64,000 bases of DNA from a virus. Taxonomy: Duplodnaviria > Heunggongvirae > Uroviricota > Caudoviricetes. This document shows, piece by piece, positions 9,824 to 20,331 of this stretch (position 1 is the first letter of the stretch; every line of letters starts with the position of its first letter). The notes beneath the pieces are model-generated. The model saw only the letters and a list, made by a program, of their open reading frames with translations. It was not told where the DNA came from and did no database searches. The translations under genes and the position numbers were made by a program. The stretch lies in IMG/VR virus record IMGVR_UViG_3300029696_000106, positions 1-64,000 of that record. The stretch is one strand, 5' to 3'.

Positions 9824-11302
9824 TTACAGTTTCTTGGCAAAATCAAGGCTGATCCAGCCATTACGCTTACCGGCATAGGCCTTCAGCAGACCCCAACGGG
9901 TTGCTCCCTCACCGTCTGCTTCCTCTACAATTGTAAATACGCCTTTTCCAGTGTACTGCCCGGTCTTAGCATAGTTCGTACCAGGTCCCTTACGGATATT
10001 AAGGTCACTGATTGAAACGCGTACCGCATACGGGCAGTTTGCCTTAACTTCCGGGTAGACTGCCTTACCCGCCGGGTCATAAACGAAATAGCCCGGATTG
10101 ACATCCGCACACTGCTTTGCGTAAGTCAGGTCATGGAAAGCACCCTTCTGAGAAGCCGCATTCTGCCAGCTTTTGCGGACACGGTACCAGCCGGAGATAA
10201 CCGTACCCTCAGAAGCCTTTGCCACATCATACTGCGTAAGGTTCCAACGCTCGATGATACTGCAAAGGTTCTGTACATAAGTGTGGCTGGTCGCATAACC
10301 ACCATCTTTGATCAGCTGTACCGCTTTCTTGTAATCCGTGCAGCCGGCCAGACCTTCATAGCGTTTCTTACTGCCGTTCATCGCACCGAGCAGATATGCG
10401 GCATGGTCGGTAATGGAATCCTCCACACAACTGTACTTTCGGAAGTCGGCTGTGATCGTGACCATCGAGCCATCGTCATTCTGCTCCTGTGTTTTCTTGG
10501 TATAGACAGACTTGCCATCCCAACTGCTGCCGCTCCAGCTGTTCCCGGAAAGCGAAGTCTTCATGCCAAAGCAGTTATTAGCATTCTGTGCCAGCTCAGA
10601 TTTACCGTAGCCGGACTCAAGAATGAACTGAGCCATTGACACGCAAGCAAGAATGCCAGTGGTTTTCTGGTTCGCAGTAAACAGCGGACCGATCTTTGCC
10701 ACAGCTTCTGCTTCCGAGAGATTTTTCAGCGAAGAAGCCTGCATGCCAGATGAGGATGAACCGCCCAGTGCTGCAGTCACCTTTGCGGCCAGATCACCCA
10801 TGCGGGCATACAGCCAGTTTCCAGGGCAGCTTTTGTTGGCAAACCAGCGGTGAACGGTCAGCACCATTTCATCTGCCGCCGGAGCATAGTTGAGTGTCTT
10901 ATTTTTATCACCCAGCCACAGGAGCTTCTTCTTCCCGTTACGCTTGCAGATATCGATACAGAGCTTGACGAGAGAGTCATATACAACACTGTTCATGGCA
11001 TACGGCTCATTCATGTCACTGGCACATTCGATGGTGACTGCTCTCTGGTCATTTTCCCTGCTGGACGAACACCAGCTGCGGTTCTTTTCCTCGACACAAA
11101 GCGACACACGACCGTCCGTACCGATGCCGTAGTTGCAGCTTGCCTGCCGAGATGAACTGATAAAGCAGCCGCAGATGCTTTCTGCAGAAAGCTGACCAAC
11201 CACGCAATGCGGAGTGATACGGTCGATGCTGTGGGTACGCTGCCCGGAATGGTTCGGGGAGAGTTTGGTGTAAACAACGAGTGGACTATTGGTATATCCC
11301 AT
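9824..11302 (-). CDS. multidomain endolysin: amidase_2, glucosaminidase, repeat motif, SH3b
   Basis: IDRITPHCVVGQ (amidase_2-like); FILESGYGKS...NNCFGMK (mannosyl-glycoprotein endo-beta-N-acetylglucosaminidase); GWYRVRKSWQNAASQKGAF repeat; C-terminal VRVSISDLNIRKGPG...GWISLD (SH3_3). Start set to MGYTNSPL from the GGAGG RBS. Confidence 0.8.
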   Translation of the reverse strand: MGYTNSPLVVYTKLSPNHSGQRTHSIDRITPHCVVGQLSAESICGCFISSSRQASCNYGIGTDGRVSLCVEEKNRSWCSSSRENDQRAVTIECASDMNEPYAMNSVVYDSLVKLCIDICKRNGKKKLLWLGDKNKTLNYAPAADEMVLTVHRWFANKSCPGNWLYARMGDLAAKVTAALGGSSSSGMQASSLKNLSEAEAVAKIGPLFTANQKTTGILACVSMAQFILESGYGKSELAQNANNCFGMKTSLSGNSWSGSSWDGKSVYTKKTQEQNDDGSMVTITADFRKYSCVEDSITDHAAYLLGAMNGSKKRYEGLAGCTDYKKAVQLIKDGGYATSHTYVQNLCSIIERWNLTQYDVAKASEGTVISGWYRVRKSWQNAASQKGAFHDLTYAKQCADVNPGYFVYDPAGKAVYPEVKANCPYAVRVSISDLNIRKGPGTNYAKTGQYTGKGVFTIVEEADGEGATRWGLLKAYAGKRNGWISLDFAKKL

Positions 11303-11365
11303 AATGATTTCCTCCATAAAAGAAAAGAGACCCGGATCACTCCGAGTCCCCTTTAGGTCTATTGG

Positions 11366-11668
11366 TTATTCTCTATTCCTGTCTGCTTCTTCCAATATCC
11401 TACAGACAAACTTCATGATTGACATCGGCTTTTCACCGCCTATCCCATTCACTTTCCATGCTACACTGGAAATTGTGGAAATGGCACTGAGGACACCGCT
11501 CTTCTTAACACCTTTCCTGTCTGCAACATACTGTAAGAGCTGACCTGGTTTCAGATCCGGCCGATGCCAATGCAGGACGATTGCATCCCTCAGATACTCA
11601 CATCCCTTATAGTACAGCGTAATGCCATACGGTCTTAACACATCTTCTGCCATGAGCTTTTCATTCAT
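11366..11668 (-). CDS. stand-alone Spo0A C-terminal (DNA-binding) domain-like protein
   Basis: YGITLYYKGCEYLRDAI...VAWKVNG aligns with Spo0A_C GVPAHIKGYLYLREAI...VAWSRGN; there is no receiver domain. Confidence 0.55.
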   Translation of the reverse strand: MNEKLMAEDVLRPYGITLYYKGCEYLRDAIVLHWHRPDLKPGQLLQYVADRKGVKKSGVLSAISTISSVAWKVNGIGGEKPMSIMKFVCRILEEADRNRE

Positions 11669-11747
11669 TTCCAACACTCTCCTTTTCCCAAGTATACCTT
11701 TCGTCATCAAGAAATTGAAGTCCTAAAAATGTGTCGAATTGCGCCGT

Positions 11748-12452
11748 TTAAGGGATCAGCAGTTTCATGCCGACCCGGATAGCGTTGGAAGTCAGCCCAT
11801 TCAGCACACGGATATCCGCACAGCGGCCGCCGCTCCCCAGTTCCCTTTCTGCGATCTTCCAGAGATTATCACCGGGAACCACAGTATAGATCTTGCTGGC
11901 TGTGAAGGCATAGGTATCCGCACTGTTAAGAACGTAGGCCAGACCACTCACCGCTTCCGGGCACTTTATTTTCAGCCAGCCCGCACAGAATTCCACGATT
12001 TCAATCAGTGCGTTCCTTTTGTAAACGGTCACGACTTCTGCGCCAGTGTCCGGCATCTCCCGGATATTCATGAGGGTCTTGAGTTTACCGTAGGCAATGG
12101 TTGCCGGAAGCTCCTCTGCAGTCGGGAACTCGTTCTCATCCACTTCAGCCTCTGCTTCTTTCTCCGCTGGGGTATCTTCCACAGGGGCTGTGGTTTCCGG
12201 CTTTTCTTCCGGGATATCGTCCACGACTGCTTTCTCTTCACTCTCATCTGCACCAGTATCTGGTACAGCCTCTTCCGGATAGATCACGTTGCCGTCATTG
12301 TCGAACACACGGCTGCCGGGGTTTTCATCACACTTGGCTTTTGCATTCGCCAGCAGACGGTACGCTCCCAACTGGGATGCCTCATCTTCCCAGACTTCAC
12401 GCACACGGTAATAGCCGTTTGTCAGCTTTGCGGGATACTCTTTCTTACTCAT
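11748..12452 (-). CDS. LysM-domain protein carrying the same YRVR cell-wall-binding-like motif as the endolysin
   Basis: N-terminal GYYRVREVWEDEASQLGAYRLLANAK; C-terminal YTVVPGDNLWKIAERELG...GMKLLIP (LysM); RBS AGGAGG. Confidence 0.6.
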   Translation of the reverse strand: MSKKEYPAKLTNGYYRVREVWEDEASQLGAYRLLANAKAKCDENPGSRVFDNDGNVIYPEEAVPDTGADESEEKAVVDDIPEEKPETTAPVEDTPAEKEAEAEVDENEFPTAEELPATIAYGKLKTLMNIREMPDTGAEVVTVYKRNALIEIVEFCAGWLKIKCPEAVSGLAYVLNSADTYAFTASKIYTVVPGDNLWKIAERELGSGGRCADIRVLNGLTSNAIRVGMKLLIP

Positions 12453-12505
12453 ATTGCTTTCCTCCTACTAATGAAGGAGAGGCTCATCACCTCTCCCCGT
12501 TTTCC

Positions 12506-12925
12506 TTACTCTTTGTTCTGCTTATCGCTCTTTTCTTCCTTCAGCTGTGCCAGCATCTCCTTCAGCTTATCCGGCACCGGAAGGCCAATGACAGCTGCAT
12601 TTTCAAGACAGCTCAGGCCCTCATTTGCCAAATAAAAAAATACCACTGCTGTACGGATGGCCGCTCCATTCTGAAGAATCTGCGTATCAATGATGTTGGC
12701 AATGCCAACCAGTACGAAGATGCACACCTTCTTGGCAATCCCCTTAAAGCCAACTTCAGAAGAAAGTTCATGCTTGATGGCTGCTGCCAGCACCCCGGTG
12801 AAGTAGTCGCAGACCACAAACACCACCAGTGCATAAAGGAAGCCATCAAATCCGCCGAAGAACCAGCCCAGGAAACCACCCAGACCTGCGAACATCCACT
12901 CAATCTTATCGATCACATTCTGCAT
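12506..12925 (-). CDS. phage holin
   Basis: 139 aa with three hydrophobic helices and a charged C-terminus; sits in the lysis cassette. Confidence 0.7.
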   Translation of the reverse strand: MQNVIDKIEWMFAGLGGFLGWFFGGFDGFLYALVVFVVCDYFTGVLAAAIKHELSSEVGFKGIAKKVCIFVLVGIANIIDTQILQNGAAIRTAVVFFYLANEGLSCLENAAVIGLPVPDKLKEMLAQLKEEKSDKQNKE

Positions 12926-12949
12926 AATCTTATCCTTTCCAGCCCCTTT

Positions 12950-12985
12950 GGGGCATAAAAAACAGGCGGTTTCTCTGCCGCCCTT
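12950..12985 (-). terminator. rho-independent terminator after the tail-fibre gene
   Basis: Minus-strand GGCGGCAGAGAAACCGCC followed by TGTTTTTTAT. Confidence 0.4.
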
Positions 12986-13063
12986 ACGAAAAAAATACTC
13001 CTTCTATAATGAACACCGTTTCACAGCAAATAACAGACACTTTGCGTGAAAATCAGTGGAAAT

Positions 13064-15712
13064 TTATTTTCCGAATGCCCGGATCACAGATCCTACCACA
13101 CATTCTCCGATTCTGGCGTAGCCCTCCGTACTGCAATGGAGCTGGTCGCCATTAAACGGATACGGCGAAGATCCCGTATATTTTTTCAGAATAATGCTGC
13201 CATTCCGCTTTTGGTAATATGACTGTCCGTTCACGTACCGCTGCGGTGCACTTCCAACCACCCTGCCGGATGCATCCATCTGATACTTGGCATACTGCTC
13301 GTTCACAGCATTCTTCTGTGCGCCAAAGACACTCCATGTCCTGCGGTTGATCCCGCTCTCATGCCAGAGATCACAGACTGCCACATTATTTGCCTGCGCC
13401 ACAGCCTTGATCGTATCTGACAGTTTTTCCATTGTCTGGCCAGTTCCGGTCGGATATTCTTCGTATCCGTCTGCATCCACATACGGATATTTGCCCGCAC
13501 AATGCGGCGTTGCCACCAGCACATGACATAGCAGATTCCCGGCATCCTCCAGTTCTTCATAGATGCGGTTCAAAAGATACTGGATTCGCCCGCAGATGGT
13601 TTCCTGTTCTGGATGACAGTCTCCGACCGAGCCAAGAACCGTTGCTCTTTCGTTGTAGGCCGGAAGCACCACGATCAAGCTGACGCCTTCCACGTCAGCG
13701 GCCATCAGCGGTCGCAGGACACCATTCTTATCCGTTTCTGCATTGTACGTTCCATCCAGACCGTTGTCACCGTCCGTCATCCGAAGGATTCCGATGCCGC
13801 CCTTTGCATGGGTAGCAACATTCATACCGAGCAATTCTTCCAGCTTCTTCTGCCATTTTCCAGCCGCCGTAATGCTGTCACCAATGACCAAAGCCTTCTT
13901 CCCTTTCCAGCTACCGGACAGTTCCGCATATCCGGCAGTAACAGCTTTCTCTGCGGTATCAGATGCCCCAGCATGATCTGCCTTTTTCGCTGTCTCCGCA
14001 TTTTCAGCATGATCCGCTTTTACTGCCACTTCCGCTTTTTCTGTAAGAATGGCGTGTGTCGCATTCTTCACAGCGGAAGCACGTTCCGTTATGCTGCTGT
14101 GACTGAGCGCCTCAATCTCCTCATTGGAAAGCCCGGTCACGTTCAGCACCCACATGGTCACAACAAAGGAAGTGTAATTGGAACCCGTCAGCTGCACCGC
14201 AAAATTCAGATTATCCTTTCCACCGGCATATTCATAAACCAGATTCATTTGAAACGGAAGCGTTGCTTTATTCAGTGTTCCACACGGCACACGCTTTGCC
14301 CAATTTGGAATGCCCGGTTCGATGATGCCAATGGATACCTCTCCCAGCTGTGTGTCATCCGTTTCTACAGATTTCACCCTGCCAAAGACAAGATACTTCC
14401 CGGCAGCCAGACCACTCAGCCGTACTCCGCCGAACACGCCCCAGTCTTCGTTGCGGGTCACGGCAGCCTTTACCCACGCATACATTGTGTCCTTTTCCTG
14501 AAACTTGCTGGAGAAAGGAATCATTTCAGAAAAGACAGGACATCCATATGCTACATTGCCCAGCATTTCCCGTGTCTGGTCTGAAATGCCGGTTCTGTCT
14601 GCATACGGAACGCTCATGACTTTTCCAGCAATGCCCCATGTGTCATAATACTGAAGGATGCTGTCTTCAACCGGACTGCTGCTGATCAGAGACAGAACTT
14701 TCTGCAATTCCTCATCGCTCTGCCCGGTCACATCCAACAGAACGCATCGGCTGTCACACTCTACCACGGCCTCCTTCCTTGCAACGCACGGCGAAATGTC
14801 CAGCCGGTATGCATTCTCCAGAATCTCTCCGAAGAATACTACATAGCTTTCACTTCCGTGGGCAACTCTTATCGCCTTCGTCACATGAGTATTCAGATTT
14901 GCACCTTTGGAATCGTACTGATAGCAGCTCACACCGGCACAGGAGCCGGAAATCTCCCGAATCTTGGAGATGAACAGATATTTTCGGAATTTGCCCATTA
15001 GCATATTGGTAAAGCGATGGTAGAACTGACCGTAATCCGTAGTTCCCGTGATCCGGTAATCCAGAAATTCTCCTGCTTCACATTTAGCCCCCAGCAGAGC
15101 CGGCATCGCAGCCTTTGGGAACACCTCACCCAGATTACCATTGGAACCGGCAAGTGCCAGCTTTGCTCCGGTGATCCCATTCTCCACAGCCAGACTGTAC
15201 TGCCCACGGATTGCTTCACCAGCGGACGGATACACCGTTCCATCCTGCCCAACCCGGACATCAACCAGTTCCGCCGCATAATCTGCCTTAGCGTCTGTAG
15301 AAGCTGTCACGTTTGCATCCAGCCGCTTGTTCATCTGTTCCACAGCTTTGTTCATGGCATCTTCTGTTTTCTGCATGGCAGACTGTGCATCGGATACTTT
15401 GGTGTTTACCCGGCTCTCTGCTTCCGATACTTCTTTGCTCATGGATGCTTTCGTTTCCGAAAGATCCTTGTGCATTCCTTCCACATCTTCTGCAACATCC
15501 GTTTCCAGTCTGTACATCTGGGCGTTGAAATGACTGCACAGGCTCCAATAATCCGTATCGGACAGCACTGTACCTGCAGGGACTGGCTTTCTGGAAATAT
15601 AACCATCCCCACTTTCCGCGTCCAGAACGATTGTCAGTTCCTCATATTCCTTTTTCTGATTCCATACGCCATCGTGTTTCGGAATGATCCGCTTACCCTT
15701 AAAAGTTCCCAT
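13064..15712 (-). CDS. tail fibre / receptor-binding protein with a C-terminal SGNH/GDSL hydrolase domain
   Basis: GKKALVIGDSITAAGKW (block I) and DQLHCST (block V) at the C-terminus; the N-terminal ~170 aa is paralogous to ORF 18701..19573. Confidence 0.75.
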   Translation of the reverse strand: MGTFKGKRIIPKHDGVWNQKKEYEELTIVLDAESGDGYISRKPVPAGTVLSDTDYWSLCSHFNAQMYRLETDVAEDVEGMHKDLSETKASMSKEVSEAESRVNTKVSDAQSAMQKTEDAMNKAVEQMNKRLDANVTASTDAKADYAAELVDVRVGQDGTVYPSAGEAIRGQYSLAVENGITGAKLALAGSNGNLGEVFPKAAMPALLGAKCEAGEFLDYRITGTTDYGQFYHRFTNMLMGKFRKYLFISKIREISGSCAGVSCYQYDSKGANLNTHVTKAIRVAHGSESYVVFFGEILENAYRLDISPCVARKEAVVECDSRCVLLDVTGQSDEELQKVLSLISSSPVEDSILQYYDTWGIAGKVMSVPYADRTGISDQTREMLGNVAYGCPVFSEMIPFSSKFQEKDTMYAWVKAAVTRNEDWGVFGGVRLSGLAAGKYLVFGRVKSVETDDTQLGEVSIGIIEPGIPNWAKRVPCGTLNKATLPFQMNLVYEYAGGKDNLNFAVQLTGSNYTSFVVTMWVLNVTGLSNEEIEALSHSSITERASAVKNATHAILTEKAEVAVKADHAENAETAKKADHAGASDTAEKAVTAGYAELSGSWKGKKALVIGDSITAAGKWQKKLEELLGMNVATHAKGGIGILRMTDGDNGLDGTYNAETDKNGVLRPLMAADVEGVSLIVVLPAYNERATVLGSVGDCHPEQETICGRIQYLLNRIYEELEDAGNLLCHVLVATPHCAGKYPYVDADGYEEYPTGTGQTMEKLSDTIKAVAQANNVAVCDLWHESGINRRTWSVFGAQKNAVNEQYAKYQMDASGRVVGSAPQRYVNGQSYYQKRNGSIILKKYTGSSPYPFNGDQLHCSTEGYARIGECVVGSVIRAFGK

Positions 15713-15872
15713 AAAAAATCTCCTTCCTGCCGGTGTTTATCCGGCTGTCCTCATAACAGTTTCGGATAGTCACCCGGTCAGGGAGGAGTTTTTTTCTTAT
15801 GGCGGTCAGGTTTTACCCCCCCCGAACATTTTTTCGATATACCGCTTTTTCTTCATTTTAGTGTCCTTTCTC

Positions 15873-18800
15873 TTACTGTTCCAAAATTCCAAGTTCGATC
15901 ATCTTCTTATACAGCATAGTTCCGATGACCGTCTTGGTTGCAGCTGTGTAATGAACGGAATCCGCCAGCAGTGTCTGCGGAACCTGTCCCTGTTTGATAC
16001 GCTCGATGTCCGCATCCGTGGGATCAAGGCCTGCATCGTCCAGACCATAGCAGCTGATGACCGTCTTGCCATCCGTGTCATACACCGGATGCGCCAGATA
16101 CTCTCTGAGGCTGACGAAACGTCTGCCAAACGCCTGCTTCATCTGCTTTTCATATTCTGCACGCTGGCTTTCCGTGCCAGACGAAAGGCCCAGCACCAGA
16201 TATTCTTTTCCTTTGAAGTGGCTGATCATCTGCTGGTGCATCCGAATCAGATCTGTAAGGTCTGCATAGCCACCATTCTGACCAATAAAAAGAATCATCA
16301 CTTCAGAAGGCTGATTGTGCAGCCGGTCAAATGCAGTACGGACCGCAGTCGGACGCTTAATTGTGACTGCTTCACCAGCGACAGAACGTGTAAACGTCCA
16401 GATGCCGTTGGTATCCGCATAGTTCGTGCCAGTCCAACGGAGCGTACCTTCCACCTCGCCGATCTTGACTGGATTGACATGGGCTCCGCCCTGCAAAAGT
16501 GGCGTCACCTTATAGCCTTCCTCTGTCAAGATACCAGAATCCGTTTTCCGCACGGCGATAGTTACCGGCTCACAGGTGGCCGGGATCGTGATATTATTGA
16601 CCAGCATCACATCAGCTCCCTGACGGGCAGCAATCGTTCTGGCATTCTCGCCACCGGTACCGCCGTTGTAGACCGGAATCCCGGACAGCTTCTGAAGAGT
16701 GGACGTCCATCCACCTCCTGCGGTAAGAGAATCGCCCCAACAGACAATGCCGGTCAGTGCCGTTGACGAATTTTCCAGCTTTTTGAGCCGTTCTTCCTGA
16801 CTGTTCACCGTTTCTTCCACTTTCTTCACATTGTTTCCCGTTTTTTCCACGTCTGCTGCCATCTGTTCCATGGAAGAATCCAATCTTGCAAATCGCTCTC
16901 TCAGTTTCCCATGGTTCACATAGGAGCCCCAATAAATGTATTTGCTCTGGAAATAGGTTGCCACTTCATCTGCTGAAAAACGTTCATCTGTGAAAACAAT
17001 ATCCTGCCAGTACCATTTCGGAGTCCACTCGACTGGTTCCTCACCAGAATATTTCAGCGTATTCCAGATACCAAACCATCCTGTCTTAAAAGTTCCAGCC
17101 GCTTCCTGTGCCTGAATCACATCCAGAATTTCCTGCGTGAAAGCAAACTTCCAGACATACATCCTGCGGTTTCCGTAAATGGTACGCTTCAATACGGGTG
17201 CGACATTGATTGGATTGGTAAACTTGCCGTCCAGATAATAGGCGATCAGCAAACGATTCTCATACGTACCACCCTGAACACCTTCCGGATGGTTCTCACA
17301 TTCCTCAATTTCACACAGATAGCAGTATTGGTATCCCTCCCTGAACTTCCGAAGCATATCATCAAACGAAATCATACCGGAAATTTCTTTTTTATACCCC
17401 TGATTGTGCGTCTGATCTGATTCTTTACTCAGTCCGATATGAAACTCGACCACTTGGTCAAATCCAGTTCCATTGATCTTCGCGCTTGCTCGATTGCCAG
17501 TACTCTGGAACCCATAGCGATAAGCATACGGATATTGATCCGGGTACTGCAGTGTATCCATTCCCGGAGAGTAACGTACTTTCTCTTGATTCAGAAGTTC
17601 GTCTGCCGGCACCATAAAGAAGTTATCTGCAACGACAGCACTCCCGGCGCTTCCGGCATACCCGGCTTTCTCTGCACTCTCAGCCTCCTTTGCATGGGTA
17701 GCACTTTCGGCTTCGTTAGCAAATGTCGCCGTTTCTGCACTGTCCGCACAGCTGATAAACGGAGTCAGAATGCCGGAGGAACGCTGATTCACAATGGAAA
17801 CGGTCAGGCAGACCTGTCCCAGATCCTTGACAACTGCGTTGTCCATGAAACTTCCGGCAAAAACGATATACAGCGGTCTTTCCTTTTCCAGAACCTTCTC
17901 CACCATCTCCTGCTCCAGATGATAGAACACCTTAGAGCCTACCGTGATCGGAACCACGACAGAGGGATTGACCGAAGATGCCCAGTTTCCCACACTGTTC
18001 ACATAGAACCGGGGATTCAGCACTTTTCCGGTCTGCTCCTTATTTCCTTCCTCGCCCACACCTTCAAAGAACAGTTCCAGGTACAGGCGATCTAGCCCCT
18101 TCAGCTTCATCATCTGCTCATAGGAAATACAGAACGCAAAATGCACCGAAGACCAGGCGGTCTGTTCGTACTCAGTCACATAGGCCGTATGGTCAAACTT
18201 AAACTGCACGTTCTCTCCCACTGCAGATACTCCCATCGCACCGGTTTTCAGTTCTCCGTTTGTATTGTCCCTCGGTGCAAAATAAGAACTTACCGGAAGT
18301 CTGGGAGCCGCCATCGCATCGAGCAGCTTTAAGCGGTCGGACAGGTTTTCATAAAGGATACCAGAAGAATCCGAGTGGCAGTCAGTCACCTCCTGCAGGA
18401 TAACTTCGTGTGCCCGAAGAAGCTGTGACAGGGAGGCTTCCCCACCTCTGGCATTGATGATCTCCTGCTCCAGAATCCGCAGACAGTCATGCTCAGAAAC
18501 ATATTTCCAGCCAAGATCCTTGACAGCTGTTGTTTCATACGCATACACATAAAACTCACTGTCCTGTGCAGCAGCTTTTTCCCTGCGGATACAGAAATAG
18601 AGTTTTCTGGATGCCGTGTACTTCGTCACAAACTCTTCCCAGCGGCTTTCGGAAAAATCCAGATCAAACGCTGCCAGATAGCCGTTTTCCTCATTCAGCT
18701 TTACTGCACTGAGGGGCATACAGCCAACTTTTCCATTATCACTGCCCCATGCATTCGGGGAGTTCTAGCCTGTCCTTCATACAGCACCTGATTGCTCAGA

Positions 18801-19540
18801 ATAACGACCCGGAATGACTTTTCTTTGCACTCTTCATAGGAACCGAAGAAGCCAAGAAAAGTTCCCGTGTAGCCAGAAACATGATGAACCAGGCAGCGAA
18901 CAGCTGAACCTTCCATACTATTCTGAACAGTATTCTCATTCCGGTATGCAGTTCCCATTTCTGCTGGAACAATTTTTCGTACCAGACCTGCTGTAATACT
19001 GCGCATGGCTTCCCCACTGCTTGAATAGGTGGTTCCTTCACTGTCCACTCTGGTATCCACCAGTTCTGCAGCATAGTCTGCCTTACTATCTGTAGAAGCT
19101 GTCACATTCGCATCCAGACGCTTATTCATCTGGGCGACTGCAGCATCCATGCTATTCTGAGTACTCTGCATAGCTTTTGTCGCCGCATTGACATTTGACG
19201 CTACACGATTCTCCGTTTCAGACAGTTCCTCCGCCATTTTCTGATGGGTCTGCGAAAGTTCCTCACTCATCGCAGACTTCGTATTAGCAAGGTCTGTGTG
19301 CATTCCTTCCACATCTTCTGCCACATTTGTTTCCAGACGGTGCATCTGGGCATTGAAATGACTGCACCTTGCCCAGTAGTGCTCGTTTGTGAGCAGGGTG
19401 CCTGCGGGAACATCATACCGGCTGATATAACCATCCCCCGTTTCCGGGTCAAGGACGATCATCAGCGGTTCATAACTTCTCGCCTTGTCCCAGTCTCCCT
19501 CATGCCGGGGAATGACTCTCTTTCCAAGAAATTCTCCCAT
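15873..19540 (-). pseudogene. second tail-fibre paralogue (SGNH esterase) split into two ORFs by a frameshift near 18765-18775
   Basis: ORF 18701..19540 matches the N-terminal anchor of 13064..15712. Homology continues in the 15873..18719 frame upstream of its ATG (GSDNGKVGC matches GSCAGVSCY) but is cut by TAG and TGA stops. A 1-nt indel within CAGGCTAG would fuse them into ~1240 aa. Confidence 0.5.
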
Positions 19541-19569
19541 TGTATCTCCTTCCTGCCGGATTTCCGGCA

Positions 19570-20331
19570 TCATTGTTCCTTTTCTTCTCCATACTGGATG
19601 ACCAGCTGTGATTCTTCATCCAAAGAAAAAATCAGCCCCAGATCATCCCAGGACTGAAAATTCAGATAGCCGTTTCCATCAATAGAACTGTTGACCATCT
19701 TGTCATACACATCTGCTGCCACCTTTTCCATCGTACTGGAATAAGAGCCCTTCATCAGACCCAGTTCATCGTCCGACTCCATGACGAGATATCCATCCTC
19801 AGAAATATAGAAGCCTTGAATGCCAGACATCGTTGCATCCACGCACTGCTTATAGGTCAGCGTTGCAATCTTCCGGTTCGTGATTGCTGCCCGTGCCACG
19901 TTCAGGGTCAGGTTGAACATTCCCAGTACATCCCCATCATCAGAAAGAAGGTAAATGTCAATTGGAAAACGGCCATACACTTCCGTCATAAAAGAAGTGA
20001 CGGTCAGGATGATCGTACCGGAATCCACAAACACAAGCTCCGGTCTGGATTCGCTGGAATACTGGAACACCGCTCCATCTGGCCTTGTACCCGAATAGCT
20101 GACGATGGTACCTTCCTGCACAACATATTCCACCGAATTCTGATATAGTCGACATCTGACTTTTCGTGCCTGATTGTCAAACTGTTTGACCGGAATCTGC
20201 ACCGGGATCAGATTTTCCGTGAAGGACAGTTCAATCTCCTGAAAGATCCGGACTGGTTTCTCTGTTGTCGCTGCCATCTCCTGTGCTTCCTTTGTCTGTG
20301 TTTCCACTATTTGTTTCCTCCTTACTGCCAT
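19570..20331 (-). CDS. phage tail/baseplate structural protein (hypothetical)
   Basis: Lies between the Tal-like and fibre genes. Start is uncertain: ATG 20331 or in-frame GTG 20307 after AGGAGG. It overlaps the upstream gene. Confidence 0.45.
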   Translation of the reverse strand: MAVRRKQIVETQTKEAQEMAATTEKPVRIFQEIELSFTENLIPVQIPVKQFDNQARKVRCRLYQNSVEYVVQEGTIVSYSGTRPDGAVFQYSSESRPELVFVDSGTIILTVTSFMTEVYGRFPIDIYLLSDDGDVLGMFNLTLNVARAAITNRKIATLTYKQCVDATMSGIQGFYISEDGYLVMESDDELGLMKGSYSSTMEKVAADVYDKMVNSSIDGNGYLNFQSWDDLGLIFSLDEESQLVIQYGEEKEQ

